From contig JAJSZR010000003.1 in assembly GCA_030262715.1 (NCBI GenBank), positions 1 through 53,926 of the forward strand: a stretch of 53,926 nt of DNA. Reading direction: 5' to 3'. The DNA comes from Deltaproteobacteria bacterium. GTDB taxonomy: Bacteria; Desulfobacterota; Dissulfuribacteria; Dissulfuribacterales; UBA3076. The notes beneath the pieces are model-generated. The model worked only from the letters and a program-made list of their open reading frames with translations, was not told the DNA's origin and did not search any database. Both the position numbers and the translations under genes were made by a program. Of this stretch, positions 53,558 through 53,926 are shown piece after piece; position 1 is the first letter of the stretch, and each line of letters starts with the position of its first letter.

Positions 53558-53926
53558 GCAAGATATTCTGTGGAGGCTCTCGCAAGATAGGACGGTTAAG
53601 CCAAGTGGTAAAAGAACGCACTGACAATATTATTACGAGTGGGTATCTCGTTTTGCTTGGTGATGCGAGCGGCGCTGACAAAGCGATGCAAAGATATCTC
53701 GCCAAGCAAAACTATAGAAAAGTTTTGGTATATTGCATGGGTGAAGCGTGTCGTAATAACATTGGAAAGTGGGAAACACGGAATGTACGTTCGAACAGAA
53801 GCAAGAAGGATTTCAACTATTACAGCACTAAAGATCTCCGTATGAGCGAGGAAGCTGATTATGGATTTATGCTATGGGACGGAAAAAGTAAGGGTACTTT
53901 GAACAATATTTTGAATCTGTGCGAAC
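53554..53926 (+). CDS. SLOG/DprA(Smf)-like Rossmann-fold protein; 3'-partial (runs off the right edge)
   Basis: This ORF is not in the supplied track because it has no stop in the window. The ATG at 53554 overlaps the PRTase stop (ATGA). I translated 124 codons with no stop: 'MSKIFCGGSRKIGRLSQVVKERTDNIITSGYLVLLGDASGADKAMQRYLAKQNYRKVLVYCMG...'. The 'GGSR...(L)LGDASGADKAMQ' pattern is SLOG/DprA-like. Confidence 0.55.
   Translation, partial: MSKIFCGGSRKIGRLSQVVKERTDNIITSGYLVLLGDASGADKAMQRYLAKQNYRKVLVYCMGEACRNNIGKWETRNVRSNRSKKDFNYYSTKDLRMSEEADYGFMLWDGKSKGTLNNILNLCE

Overview
Bacterial chromosomal window with tight operon packing, overlapping stop/start codons, an NtrC-type sigma-54 activator and a GEMM-I riboswitch. 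A Desulfobacterota-like origin is only a guess. Blocks: (1) 1-11.3 kb is a storage alpha-glucan operon (GH13, DUF4912, GH57 branching enzyme, GlgA). It is headed by two tandem plant-type alpha-glucan,water dikinase (GWD) homologues, one fused to a xylose-isomerase-like TIM barrel, plus a second stand-alone TIM barrel. I rate this the most novel candidate system: possible glucan phosphorylation in a bacterium. (2) 11.3-14.7 kb holds a RACo-like ASKHA protein, a small membrane protein, a PilZ protein and argG. (3) 14.8-39.6 kb is a visibly AT-rich exopolysaccharide island. It contains a divergent sigma-54 activator, a sigma-54 promoter, a c-di-GMP-I riboswitch with an SD-sequestering helix, secreted matrix proteins, Wzx/Wzy-type assembly genes, a WbpB/E/D-like diacetamido-sugar trio, and Wza/Wzz/BY-kinase-like/ExeA-like export genes. 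It also contains a triple-CBM protein with a perfect 705-bp tandem duplication, and a priming sugar transferase fused to a degenerate GGDEF domain that keeps the RxxD I-site but is split at an A10 tract. (4) 39.9-47.9 kb is a higher-GC nonulosonic-acid cassette (NeuB-SAF-cupin fusion, HAD phosphatase, CMP-sugar synthetase, oxidoreductase). It is bracketed by two paralogous putative transferases and headed by a PLD-like gene. (5) 48.3-52.7 kb is a sugar ABC transporter. (6) 52.9 kb to the end is a decayed ComF-like PRTase plus a SLOG/DprA-like gene, resembling ShosTA. Two intergenic inverted-repeat elements carry remnants of a four-helix-bundle (23S rRNA IVS-type) gene, have 7-bp-periodic arms and share CCGTTCAC termini; they sit inside operons. 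No tRNA, rRNA, CRISPR array, transposase or integrase was seen.
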